Shown: positions 19,597-29,446 of the stretch, piece by piece
Position numbering within the stretch: the stretch's first letter is position 1
Layout of the letters: every line of letters begins with the position of its first letter
Source: Candidatus Poribacteria bacterium
Lineage (GTDB): Bacteria; Poribacteria; WGA-4E; PCPOR2b
Length of the DNA: 64,000 nucleotides
Reading direction: 5' to 3'
Assembly (NCBI GenBank): GCA_965208325.1
Contig: OZ242326.1
Location: forward strand, 2,528,001 to 2,592,000
Program-made: the position numbers and the translations under genes
The notes under the pieces: model-generated
What the model saw: only the letters and a program-made list of their open reading frames with translations
What the model was told of the DNA's origin: nothing
Databases searched by the model: none

Positions 19597-22440
19597 TCAA
19601 TGGTCACGGAACCCGGAGGTGTCCCAGATTTGAATGGTGCCGCCTGAGTCACCCGAAACCAGCTTTTTGCCATCGTGGCTAAAAGCGAGCGAATTGACTC
19701 GCCCTGCAGATCCGTTAAGGGTTGTCACCTCTGTCCATGTCTTCATATCCCACACGCGAATCTTCGAATCGTCTGCGCCGGCAGCGAGACAACGTCCTTC
19801 GGGACTAAAAGCGAGTGCCCTAATCCATTCCCCTGTGTCCAATGTCCCAATTAACTTGCGCTCCGCTACACTCCACAATTGAATCTCCCTGTGCGTCCCC
19901 GCTGAAGCCAAGGTACTCCCGTCAGGGCTAAACGCTACAGCAAAAATATTGCCCGACTTAGTTTGTACGTGTGTGAATATTTCTTGTCGTTGTTGAACGT
20001 TCCATAAGCGAAGCGTATTGTCAATCCCACCCGATGCCAGCAACGTCCCGTCCGGACTGAAAGCTATCGACTGTATGATGCTGACATCAGGAATCGGCCA
20101 ATTAATCGGGTCTTCTCTGCGTATCCACTTTGAATACATCCTGTCCCAAAAACCGGTTCCTCGGCGTGGTGGTTCCTGTCCCAACACTCCAACGGCTCTT
20201 TTCCGCCGGGTGTCCCAAAGCCGAATGCACCTTTCATCGACTGTAGCCAGGGTCTTCCCATCGGGGCTAAACGCAACTGACCCCACAATCGTATAGCGCT
20301 GCTCAAAGACGGCTATCTGCTTTCTCTTTCGGACATCCCACAATCGAGCGCTGTCTCTCGCGCCTGTGGCGAGGAATCTCCCATCGGGACTGAACGCCAC
20401 AGATTGAACTGTTGCTTTGGGATTTTGCAGTGTCCTCAACCGCTTTCTAGTCTCCATATCCCAGAGTCCAACGACACCGTCTTGATATCCCGATGCGAGG
20501 AGTATTCCATTCGGACTGAGTGCCACTGATTCAATCCCCGCATTGTGGTTCTGCGCCACGGCGATTTGCCTCCGAGTTCTCACATTCCAAAGTCGAAGGG
20601 CCATGTCTCCACCTTTGTGGCCTGCTGTTGCTGCACCCCTACCGTTGAGAGATGCCAGTGTTTTTCCATCCGGGCTAAAAGCGATGGAATTCACACCACC
20701 GGCATCTGTATTTATCACACCAAGCCGCTTTTGAGTATGGACATCCCACAGCCGGATAGTGGCATCATCGCTAGCGGAAGCCAAGATTGCGCCATCCGGG
20801 CTAAAGGCGACGGTGTTTATGTCTTCTAATTCATGTGTATCTGACTGTAGCAACAGTGCGATTTGTGCCCGATTTGCAACATCCCAAAGACGTATAGTGC
20901 TGTCAATGACGCTTCCCGAAGCTATAGTCTTTCCATCCGGGCTAAAGGCCACCGACGATACCCCAGAATCAGGCACCCTTCCATCAAGACGAGGATGTCC
21001 ATCAAACGAGCCCAGAAGCGTCTGAGTTTGCACGTCCCACAAGTTAATCTTCGGGGTTTCGCATCCGCCTGACGCCAACAACCTTCCATCCGGACTGAAA
21101 GCTAAAGTCCATACGACACTTGAATCAGTGTCTAGGAGCGCACTTTTCTGTTGCTTTGCCGTATCCCACAAAGCAATATCTCCATTTGCGTAACCGACCG
21201 CCAAGGTTTTCCCATCAAGTGAGTAGGAAAGGGTTGTCACTCCGCTGCGACCCGGGAATAGCAAACTTCCAACTAGCTTTTGTGTTGACACATCCCATAG
21301 ATAAATGGTACGATCTCTATGCCCGGATGCTAGTGTACGTCCGTCGGGACTGAATGCGATAGTGCGTGCTCCACGCGCTATCATTCCGACCTCTGTAAGT
21401 GATTCGGCGTCATAGAGCCAGATACCGATAGCCCCCATGACAGCAATCAGCTTGCCATCCGGGGAATAGGTTAATTCGGTCACGATACCGTTGCCCAGAC
21501 GAGCTGTCGGCTTATTTCTGCTGTCCGTTTCCACTTCGGTATCAACGTTTGCCGCCCGCACTTCATTGGGCGGCCGAGAACCCTTGATCGGATCCTTTTT
21601 GCCATCGCCGCTTGAAACAACTGAAGTATCCGAAAGCATAACCACATCTACGGGAATCTCGCCGATTTCCGCGACTTTGGTTTCACTTGGCAGCGGCGTC
21701 CCAATCAACTTACCGACTGCCGGAACTTGCTCGAAGGACACGATGAGAAACAACATTGACAATGTCAGCAGGCTGACAGCGGCAATCCCTATGGGAACAG
21801 CGGGTGTCTGCGGACTCGATTGGATTCGTGTTCGCTGAATGGCTTCTACGATGTTAAGCGTAAAGGCTGGATGAAGCTTCCGTTGTTCAAAACTGGTATC
21901 CATCATCGTTAACATCTCCTTCTTCAATTTAGCGCGAGCGCGGTTTAGGCGCATGGCTATCGCATGGGGTGAGGCTCCGAGAAACTGGGCAATCTCTCTG
22001 CAACTCATCCCTCCCAAATAGTGAAGGGACAAGACTTGCCGATGTATCTCGGGCAACTCAGACAGGGCTTCTTGGAGCGTTAGATGGATTTCGTCCTCTT
22101 GGTAAGAGGACATTGAAATCTTGTCCAAGCACTCTTTTTCTTGGTCGGCAAGGTACTCCCCATCGGGACGGCTCGCCTTAGAACGCAAAAAGTCTTTGCA
22201 CGAATTGGAAGTGATCGCGTAAAGCCATGACAGAAATTTGTCGCACTGTTTCAACGTGCGAAGTTTCTGATATGCCTTGAGAAATACCTCCTGCGTTATG
22301 TCCTGAGCGTCGTGGAAGTTACCGAGTTTTGTATAAGCCAACGCGTAGACGCTGCCCTTGTATTTGTCGACGAGTAAGCCAAACGCAGCGGCATCTCCAT
22401 CAAGGCATTTCTGAATGATATAACCATCTTCCGTTCGCAT
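19597..22440 (-). CDS. ECF sigma-70 factor fused to TM helix and WD40-repeat domain
   Basis: Region 2 (DAQDITQEVFLKAY, FLSWLYAI) and region 4 (LPEIHRQVLSLHY..GMSCREIA...RLNRAR); hydrophobic segment; more than 12 'FSPDG..LASG..D..I.LWD' repeats. Start at MRTED after GGAGG. Confidence 0.92.
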   Translation of the reverse strand: MRTEDGYIIQKCLDGDAAAFGLLVDKYKGSVYALAYTKLGNFHDAQDITQEVFLKAYQKLRTLKQCDKFLSWLYAITSNSCKDFLRSKASRPDGEYLADQEKECLDKISMSSYQEDEIHLTLQEALSELPEIHRQVLSLHYLGGMSCREIAQFLGASPHAIAMRLNRARAKLKKEMLTMMDTSFEQRKLHPAFTLNIVEAIQRTRIQSSPQTPAVPIGIAAVSLLTLSMLFLIVSFEQVPAVGKLIGTPLPSETKVAEIGEIPVDVVMLSDTSVVSSGDGKKDPIKGSRPPNEVRAANVDTEVETDSRNKPTARLGNGIVTELTYSPDGKLIAVMGAIGIWLYDAESLTEVGMIARGARTIAFSPDGRTLASGHRDRTIYLWDVSTQKLVGSLLFPGRSGVTTLSYSLDGKTLAVGYANGDIALWDTAKQQKSALLDTDSSVVWTLAFSPDGRLLASGGCETPKINLWDVQTQTLLGSFDGHPRLDGRVPDSGVSSVAFSPDGKTIASGSVIDSTIRLWDVANRAQIALLLQSDTHELEDINTVAFSPDGAILASASDDATIRLWDVHTQKRLGVINTDAGGVNSIAFSPDGKTLASLNGRGAATAGHKGGDMALRLWNVRTRRQIAVAQNHNAGIESVALSPNGILLASGYQDGVVGLWDMETRKRLRTLQNPKATVQSVAFSPDGRFLATGARDSARLWDVRKRKQIAVFEQRYTIVGSVAFSPDGKTLATVDERCIRLWDTRRKRAVGVLGQEPPRRGTGFWDRMYSKWIRREDPINWPIPDVSIIQSIAFSPDGTLLASGGIDNTLRLWNVQQRQEIFTHVQTKSGNIFAVAFSPDGSTLASAGTHREIQLWSVAERKLIGTLDTGEWIRALAFSPEGRCLAAGADDSKIRVWDMKTWTEVTTLNGSAGRVNSLAFSHDGKKLVSGDSGGTIQIWDTSGFRDH

Positions 22441-22911
22441 GGCTACCTCCATTTACCGGAGCCGTGTGGATGTTAGACGTATGCCATCGCCGAAATCTCA
22501 CCTGCGAAACAAAATCTTTTTTGAGTCGAGAGCAAAATGGTATTTTGAATACGCACTCGGTACCGTCGAGTATTACCACATTATAATTTCTCTTGCATTA
22601 TACCGTCAAACGTGAAAGCGTCTGTTCACATGTCTGAATAACAGAGTTTTCCACAATGCCCAATGGAGTAACTGCCTAGGCTTTTTATGGTGCGTCAGCA
22701 ATCGGGAGTACATTCAGTTAAAAAGTCTATGGAAAGTCGTGACATTTTTGTGTATACTAACCTGGCGATTTACGGAATTAAGATTTCCGGATTTTATTAT
22801 GGATAGTTGGGATTCATCCACCTAATCACCGCAATTCACATCATTTTTCGTCGTAGGTTAAAAGAGGCAATAGTCCATTAACAAAGGGAGGATTAACCAA
22901 TAAAACACATT

Positions 22912-24180
22912 ATGCGACTCAACCGGGTAAGCACACTATTCACAGCGGCTTCACTGATTTTAATTTGTTGTTTAAGTAACAGCATGCTAACCACAGCATT
23001 GGGTGACGGCTCACGCGCCGAATGGCCTCAATGGCGGGGACCCAACCGGGACGGGGTTTCCCAAGAAACCGGGCTTCTCACTAGTTGGCAGCACGATGAG
23101 CCCAATGTCTTATGGAAAATCCCTTTTGGACACGGCTATTCGGGAATCTCCATTTCGGGCGGGCGTCTCTACACTATGTTCGCACAAGGGAATGATGAGT
23201 ACGCGGTTTGCTTGAATGCGTCAAATGGGGAAGAAATTTGGCGATTTCGTACCGGTTCAAAATTCACCAACAACCACGGCGATGGGCCGCGTTCAACGCC
23301 AACGGTGAATGGAGATGTGGTTTTTGTGCTGGGGGCGAAGGGTAAACTCCACGCTTTAGACGCAAGAACTGGCGAAAAATTGTGGGGACACGATTTGGTT
23401 CACGTGTTTGGCAGTAAAATCCCACGGTGGGGGTTCGCCACATCACCGCTTGTTGAAGCCAATCTCCTTGTGGTTGAAGTTGGCGGAAAGGACGGTAAAT
23501 CTGTTGTTGCATTTGACATGAAGAGCGGCGATGTGATTTGGACATCCGCTATTGATGCACCTGCGTACTCTTCGCCCATTGCCATTACATTCAACGGGAT
23601 ACGGCAACTCATAATTCTTACGTCAAACGGTCCGGTTTCTGTATCGCCAACAGATGGGCAGGTTTACTGGAAATATCACTGGTCAAAAGGTATAAACATA
23701 GCGACGCCGGTCTTCATTCCAGAGAGTCAAATTTTTGTCTCCGCCGCTTACGATAAGGGTGCTGCGCTAGTCAAGATGAAAGCCGACAGCGGTGCGGTGA
23801 CGGTTGATGAGGTGTGGAAGAGCCGTGTGATGAAGAATCATTTCAATGCATCGGTGCTACACCGCGATTACCTATACGGTTTTGACAACACCATCCTGAA
23901 ATGTATTGAAGCGAATACGGGCGAAGAGCAATGGGTAGCGCGCGGTTTCGGCAAAGGCAGTCTAATTTTTGCTGACGGTAATTTAATAGTCCTCGGCGAT
24001 GCGGGCAGGCTCGCGTTGGTTGAAGCAACTCCGTCGGAGTACAAAGAAAAAGGGGATATCCAATTGCTGCACGGCAAATGTTGGACGCCGCCAACCCTCG
24101 CTGGCGGCAAACTTTACCTTCGGAACCACGAGGAACTGGTATGTTTGGATGTGACAGGAGGAATTACCGCCAACGAGTGA
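22912..24180 (+). CDS. PQQ-binding-like beta-propeller protein
   Basis: WPQWRGPNRDG, STP, and C-terminal WTPP...GKLYLRN motifs; signal peptide. Confidence 0.85.
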   Translation: MRLNRVSTLFTAASLILICCLSNSMLTTALGDGSRAEWPQWRGPNRDGVSQETGLLTSWQHDEPNVLWKIPFGHGYSGISISGGRLYTMFAQGNDEYAVCLNASNGEEIWRFRTGSKFTNNHGDGPRSTPTVNGDVVFVLGAKGKLHALDARTGEKLWGHDLVHVFGSKIPRWGFATSPLVEANLLVVEVGGKDGKSVVAFDMKSGDVIWTSAIDAPAYSSPIAITFNGIRQLIILTSNGPVSVSPTDGQVYWKYHWSKGINIATPVFIPESQIFVSAAYDKGAALVKMKADSGAVTVDEVWKSRVMKNHFNASVLHRDYLYGFDNTILKCIEANTGEEQWVARGFGKGSLIFADGNLIVLGDAGRLALVEATPSEYKEKGDIQLLHGKCWTPPTLAGGKLYLRNHEELVCLDVTGGITANE

Positions 24181-24241
24181 ATGGCAGCAGTCGAATTGCG
24201 CTTTACTCTCAATTTTAACACGTTCGGTAAAACACACGGGT

Positions 24242-25066
24242 ATGACTGACAAAAGAAAAGTTCTAGTTACTGGCGCATCGGGATATATCGCAGGCCGGAT
24301 GTTACCTGCGTTTCGTGATCGGTACGATCTGGTGTTGCTTGATGTCAATACGACCAATCGGGACAATGAGACGGTCGATGGTATTCAGATTGTAGATTTA
24401 ACTGTCCCTGACCGTGACGCATACCGCCGTTATTTCAATGGCATTGACGCCGCCGTTCACTGCGCCTTCAAACGCGGCGGCTTTGAAAACGAGTTTGCGA
24501 ACGTGCAGATGGCGTACAATGTTTATCAGACGTGCCTTGAGGAAGACGTTCGACGGGTGGTTGTGTGTAGTTCAAATCACGCGGCGGATTACTATGAAAG
24601 GTTAATCTGGGCGGATGAATGGGATTTTGTAACGCCGGAGATGCGCCCACTGTCTGACAACTTCTACGGATGGGCGAAAGAGGCGTATGAACATCTCGGT
24701 TTTGTGTTCGCCGCGGGGCATGTCAATGGCAAAAAGCTGCAAAATGTTCAGCTTCGAATCGGCGCCCCGCGAGAAACAATCCTTGATGAAGTTCAACCTA
24801 GCAAACTGAAGCGTATTCACCGGGGGCTTGGCGCTTACTTGAGTGCGCGGGATCAGACTCAGCTTTTTATCAAAAGCATCGAAACCGAAAACATCGAAGA
24901 TGAGAATGCGGTTCCCTTTCAGATCTTCTACGGAATAAGCGGCAACTCGCACGGATTCTGGAGCATCGTAAACGCCCGCAAAATCATCGGCTATGCACCT
25001 GAAGACAACAGTGCAGTAAAGTTTGCTGAACGCATTGCGGAGTTAATGGCTGACAGCAAATCGTGA
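24242..25066 (+). CDS. NAD-dependent epimerase/dehydratase (SDR, uronate-dehydrogenase-like)
   Basis: TGASGYIA, SSNHA and YGWAK motifs. Confidence 0.85.
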   Translation: MTDKRKVLVTGASGYIAGRMLPAFRDRYDLVLLDVNTTNRDNETVDGIQIVDLTVPDRDAYRRYFNGIDAAVHCAFKRGGFENEFANVQMAYNVYQTCLEEDVRRVVVCSSNHAADYYERLIWADEWDFVTPEMRPLSDNFYGWAKEAYEHLGFVFAAGHVNGKKLQNVQLRIGAPRETILDEVQPSKLKRIHRGLGAYLSARDQTQLFIKSIETENIEDENAVPFQIFYGISGNSHGFWSIVNARKIIGYAPEDNSAVKFAERIAELMADSKS

Positions 25067-25135
25067 TGGTTCAGGTTTTGATTGAAAGTCCACGCTAAAA
25101 CACAACCAATTCATTTGTTACGCCTAGGGAGCTGC

Positions 25136-26107
25136 ATGGCAAAAATCAGAATTGGTATCGTTGGATCCGGCGGCATGGCGCGAAGCCACGCCGAACAATT
25201 CGCCGGGCTTGATGCCGCTAAAGTCACCGTCATCGCGTCAAGGAATGTTCACACAGGTACACAACTCGCGCAGCGATTCGATGCAGAATTTGAAGCGGAT
25301 TGGCAAGTTCTGGTTGAGCGCGAGGATTTGGATGGCGTAGTCATCACAACCCATAACGACAGCCATGGCGAAATCTCGATTAATGCGTTGAGCGCTGATA
25401 AACACGTTTTTTCCGAATATCCGCTGGCGCGGTCCATTGCTGAAGGCGAGAAAGCCATCGCTTTGGCGAAATCCAAGCAACGCGTGCTGCGAATCTCCCA
25501 TCCTGAAACTGTGTCAAACCTGCACAAAGCCATTAAGCGGAAACGCCAGAATCTCGGAAATCTGCTGTTAGCATCTTTCTTGCGCCTCACACCGGGGCGC
25601 GGCGGCCGCCCTGAAATCTTGTTTAACCTACCTGTGTCGGGCCCTCCGGCGCACTTCTTCATTTATCATATCTATCCGGTAATCGACTTGTTTGGCGGTG
25701 TCTCGTGGGTTGAGGCAGGCGCCGCTTACGAAGGTTTAACGAACCTTGGGACATACGATCGGTTTGCCAATACCGTCAATGTCGGGTTCAAGACTGGAGG
25801 CATCGGACAATGGACGTGGGCAGGCGGCATTGAGATTAGGGCGGCAGAGCAACGCCAGCACTACGTTATGGCAGACGGGACAATTACCAGCGAAGGCGGT
25901 TGGCGCTGCTCGACCGGATTGCAAATCGAAGAAATCCAGCCGATTGATGCACCGAGAATTTCACTCCAAGAATTGTGGCTGCGAGAAATCCTAGACGGCG
26001 ATACAGGCGCGGCGCATGCGGACGCCGAAACCGCACTTGAGGCAATTAAAGTTAGCCTTTCAGGCGAGCAATCGATACTCGAAAGCCGTCGAATCGTGTT
26101 GCCTTAA
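25136..26107 (+). CDS. Gfo/Idh/MocA oxidoreductase
   Basis: IGIVGSGGMA and KHVFSEYPL motifs. Confidence 0.85.
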   Translation: MAKIRIGIVGSGGMARSHAEQFAGLDAAKVTVIASRNVHTGTQLAQRFDAEFEADWQVLVEREDLDGVVITTHNDSHGEISINALSADKHVFSEYPLARSIAEGEKAIALAKSKQRVLRISHPETVSNLHKAIKRKRQNLGNLLLASFLRLTPGRGGRPEILFNLPVSGPPAHFFIYHIYPVIDLFGGVSWVEAGAAYEGLTNLGTYDRFANTVNVGFKTGGIGQWTWAGGIEIRAAEQRQHYVMADGTITSEGGWRCSTGLQIEEIQPIDAPRISLQELWLREILDGDTGAAHADAETALEAIKVSLSGEQSILESRRIVLP

Positions 26108-26361
26108 TTATTCGATCGATACTAAGTGAAAACTCGCCATTCCCCCTATTATGAAGTTGGCTGAGGCTTCTTGTTTAATCGTTGACAGTATTGTTACGCT
26201 CAAATATAATAGCAGGCGATCAAATATGTCGTTGAGATTAGCAACTAGGACACACTCATTCGAGATATAGAATATATTGCATCTAGTCTCGTGAGGAGAC
26301 ACCGTAAAGTTACTGTTCCAGCGATGCGCCAACGTTATCCGATAGCATGGAGGTTTCATCA

Positions 26362-27285
26362 GTGACGGCGACGCTCGAACTTCGCCCTTTCGGACGGACC
26401 AATGAGCAGGTCACCGTAATCGGCCTTGGCGGGGGCTACCTTGATAAGCACTCTTTGGCAGACGGCATTGCCACTGTACACCGGGCGCTAGACCTTGGCA
26501 TCAATTACTTCGACACCGCACCAGTCTATGGCCAGGGAGCATCGCAAGTGATTCTCGGCAATGCGCTCGAAAAGCGCACGGAGCCTTATTTATTGGCGAC
26601 GAAAATTGGCTTCCTTGCACAATCAGCAGACTATCGGTCGCCGGACGCGCTTCGATCCCAACTTTGGGAGAGCCTGCGAGCGTTACGGCGGAGTCATGTG
26701 GACATTTTGCAGATTCACCTCGCGGAAATGGCTTGTTGGTGGAAGTCCGGCGTTTCGGAAGAACAACTGTTGAACCCTGATGAAGCTTATAAATTCACAG
26801 ATTCCCCAGTGATGGAGGTACTGTACGAGGCAAAGGCACAGGGAATCTGCCGTTTACTCGGAATCACGTCGGACCACGCCGAGCAGATAACACATGTTTT
26901 GCGCGGGATCGAAGTAGATGCTTGTCTAGTGGCTTATGAATACACCCTGCTGCACCGCAATGCGCTTCGCACAGTGCTGCCGTTAATACGGGAAAAGGGG
27001 ACCGCTTATATTCCGGTAGGCGTGTTTAAAACCATTGGGGCAGATCGGGGACAGAGCCCCGTTCCCCGATTGAACGAAATACAGGAAGGCTGCGGTTTGT
27101 CTTTGATTGAACTGACAATCCGCTACCTAATCGCCGACCCGTGTATCACAACCATTCTTGTCGGTGCGTCCACACCGGAAGAATTGGAAGAGAGCGTCCT
27201 GGCAGCCCAGGCCGGTCCACTCCCACCCGATCTTCATCGAACTCTAGACGAATTGGAGACTCCTAATTCAAGCATTGAAGATTAG
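26362..27285 (+). CDS. aldo/keto reductase
   Basis: GINYFDTAPVYG, LATK and DILQIH motifs; GTG start after GGAGG. Confidence 0.88.
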   Translation: MTATLELRPFGRTNEQVTVIGLGGGYLDKHSLADGIATVHRALDLGINYFDTAPVYGQGASQVILGNALEKRTEPYLLATKIGFLAQSADYRSPDALRSQLWESLRALRRSHVDILQIHLAEMACWWKSGVSEEQLLNPDEAYKFTDSPVMEVLYEAKAQGICRLLGITSDHAEQITHVLRGIEVDACLVAYEYTLLHRNALRTVLPLIREKGTAYIPVGVFKTIGADRGQSPVPRLNEIQEGCGLSLIELTIRYLIADPCITTILVGASTPEELEESVLAAQAGPLPPDLHRTLDELETPNSSIED

Positions 27286-27677
27286 CGCCACAATACGGCG
27301 TGCTCATATTCAATGGCAGTCTAGGTTATCAGTGCGCAATACGAGAGCAACCTACGTCTCACGGACAGTCATGCGTAATTTTCAACAATCAATTACGGTA
27401 TAATCTCCATCCGACATTGGGAGAGGAGGATTTGACGGCCTCAACCAGCTTACGGATTCATCTAGAATTGGAATTTCATCCAGGGTACAGTTTTACGCCC
27501 CAACTCAGAGATGAATTCCCGGTATCACGCGCTATACAGCAAACAGGATGTTTTAAAACTCCTTTTGGCACATTTCCCATTTTTCAATGCACCTATTAAG
27601 TTCCAGAACACCGGAGAATCTGAATTCTAATGTTTCCTAGTGTCCATTCCCACGTATTCCTTAGGGAGGTTTGATAC

Positions 27678-28214
27678 ATGAAAAATAGAAAAATTCGTGG
27701 CTATTTGCCTTTTTTGTGGGCGGCAACCTACGCCATGATAGTTGGAGTTGGCTGTAGCCATTCAGGCAATACGCCCCAAATTAACAACAGCGCACCGGAT
27801 AAACAGCGTGTTGTGTCCGTAAAGGATTTTGAGCAGCCCAACATCAGCGGCGATTGGACCGGCACTTGGGGCGTATATAATCCGCAACAGACAAATAACG
27901 CCGCTCAGAATACTCAGCAGCTGTTAGACTGCCGCGTGGTGGCGTTAACTCGCGGCGAATGGCAAGCGACATTTGAGGGCGAGTGCGGACGCCCCTATAA
28001 ATACACAATACAAATGCTCGGGCGCCGGACCGGAGAAGTCGTCCTATTTAAAGGGAGTGTGGACCTCGGAGAAAAGGATGGCGGTGTTTACGACTGGATT
28101 GGTCGAGCTACAGAGGAAAAATTTATCGGTTTCTATACCAGCCAAAATTATACGGGGACCTTCCAAATGGCTCGAGTTACAGAATCGTCTGGCACGGAAG
28201 CCGGAAATCTATAG
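27678..28214 (+). CDS. hypothetical lipoprotein
   Basis: GGAGG RBS; lipobox VGC; beta-rich domain. Confidence 0.65.
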   Translation: MKNRKIRGYLPFLWAATYAMIVGVGCSHSGNTPQINNSAPDKQRVVSVKDFEQPNISGDWTGTWGVYNPQQTNNAAQNTQQLLDCRVVALTRGEWQATFEGECGRPYKYTIQMLGRRTGEVVLFKGSVDLGEKDGGVYDWIGRATEEKFIGFYTSQNYTGTFQMARVTESSGTEAGNL

Positions 28215-28356
28215 CTTCTCGGTACGTCAAAGTTTGAAAGACAATGGAGGAAGGTTCGCCACTGAAAGCTGTTGCTGATATTACCCACCATGCTTCATGC
28301 CTCCGTTCCCCTGAACGTCTAATGTCATAACTCAGACAAATTTTAGGTATCATGCT

Positions 28357-29388
28357 ATGAATAAAAATGATGTACGGCTTTTCGGATTTGTTTTGTTGTT
28401 AGGTTGGTTTTCTCCGATTAGCCTTGCAGAAGAATGGTCCAAGAAAACAGGTATGCCGACCCCAAGACTGTGGTGTGCCGCATGTACATTGAACGGCAAG
28501 ATTTACGCCATTGGCGGCTCAGCGGAAGGGCCTCCGCTTTCGACGATTGAAGAATTCGATCCGGTATCAAACGAATGGACGCAGAAACCGAATATGCCGG
28601 TGGCAAAAGCAAGCATGTCTGCCTGCGTCGTGGATGATGAAATTTACGTCATTGGGGGATGGGCAGCGCTGCCTAATGTTACTTTTCTTGCCACAACAGA
28701 AACTTACAATCCTGTCTTGGAACAGTGGGAAAATAAACGCAATATGCCAACTGCAAGAGCGTTTTTTTCCACGGGGGTAGTGAATGGGAAGATTTATGCG
28801 ATTGGGGGCGTTCCCGACCAACTTGGACCGGTACTCCCCATTGTAGAGGAATATGATCCAATGCTCAACATATGGAGGCGGAAAGCGGATATGTTGACCG
28901 CGAGAGCGGGTGCGTCTGCAAGTGTTGTTGACGGTAAAATTTATGTGATTGGAGGGGTTACTCAGGTGCAGGGGCCTGTGCTTGACACCGTAGAAGCGTA
29001 TGACCCAGTCCTCGACAAATGGACAATAGCGGCTGACATGCCGACCGCAAGGACCGCATTATCCACCAGCGTGGCAAATGGGAAGATTTATGCTATCGGG
29101 GGTACAGCCGAAGTGACAGGGCCGGGGCTTGCAACTGTAGAAGAATATGATCCAGCAAAAGATACTTGGACGAGTCATCCCGACATGCCTACTCCGAGAG
29201 TATTTTTGTCTACTAGCGCCGTAGATGGGATTATTTATGCTATCGGAGGTACTGCAGCAGGAGTCGGCCCGGGGCTTCCAACTGTAGAAAGCTATGGGAT
29301 TGGTTTAGGAGTTGAAGCTAAAGGCTATTTTGTGACATTCCTTGGAACGCTTAAGATGAGTGGAAAGACAGTGACTAGTGGAAAGTGA
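28357..29388 (+). CDS. secreted Kelch-repeat protein
   Basis: Six 'MPTxR...GKIYAIGG...VEEYDP...W' repeats; signal peptide; C-terminal GVEAKG..VTFLGTLK. Confidence 0.92.
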   Translation: MNKNDVRLFGFVLLLGWFSPISLAEEWSKKTGMPTPRLWCAACTLNGKIYAIGGSAEGPPLSTIEEFDPVSNEWTQKPNMPVAKASMSACVVDDEIYVIGGWAALPNVTFLATTETYNPVLEQWENKRNMPTARAFFSTGVVNGKIYAIGGVPDQLGPVLPIVEEYDPMLNIWRRKADMLTARAGASASVVDGKIYVIGGVTQVQGPVLDTVEAYDPVLDKWTIAADMPTARTALSTSVANGKIYAIGGTAEVTGPGLATVEEYDPAKDTWTSHPDMPTPRVFLSTSAVDGIIYAIGGTAAGVGPGLPTVESYGIGLGVEAKGYFVTFLGTLKMSGKTVTSGK

Positions 29389-29446
29389 TTAGTGGAGAGC
29401 AAGAAGTTTTCAACTCGTCACTCTTCATTAATCACTGCATTTCGAT

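Noticed and set aside
27300..27599. 99-aa ORF or gene remnant
   Set aside because: No RBS or recognisable motif.
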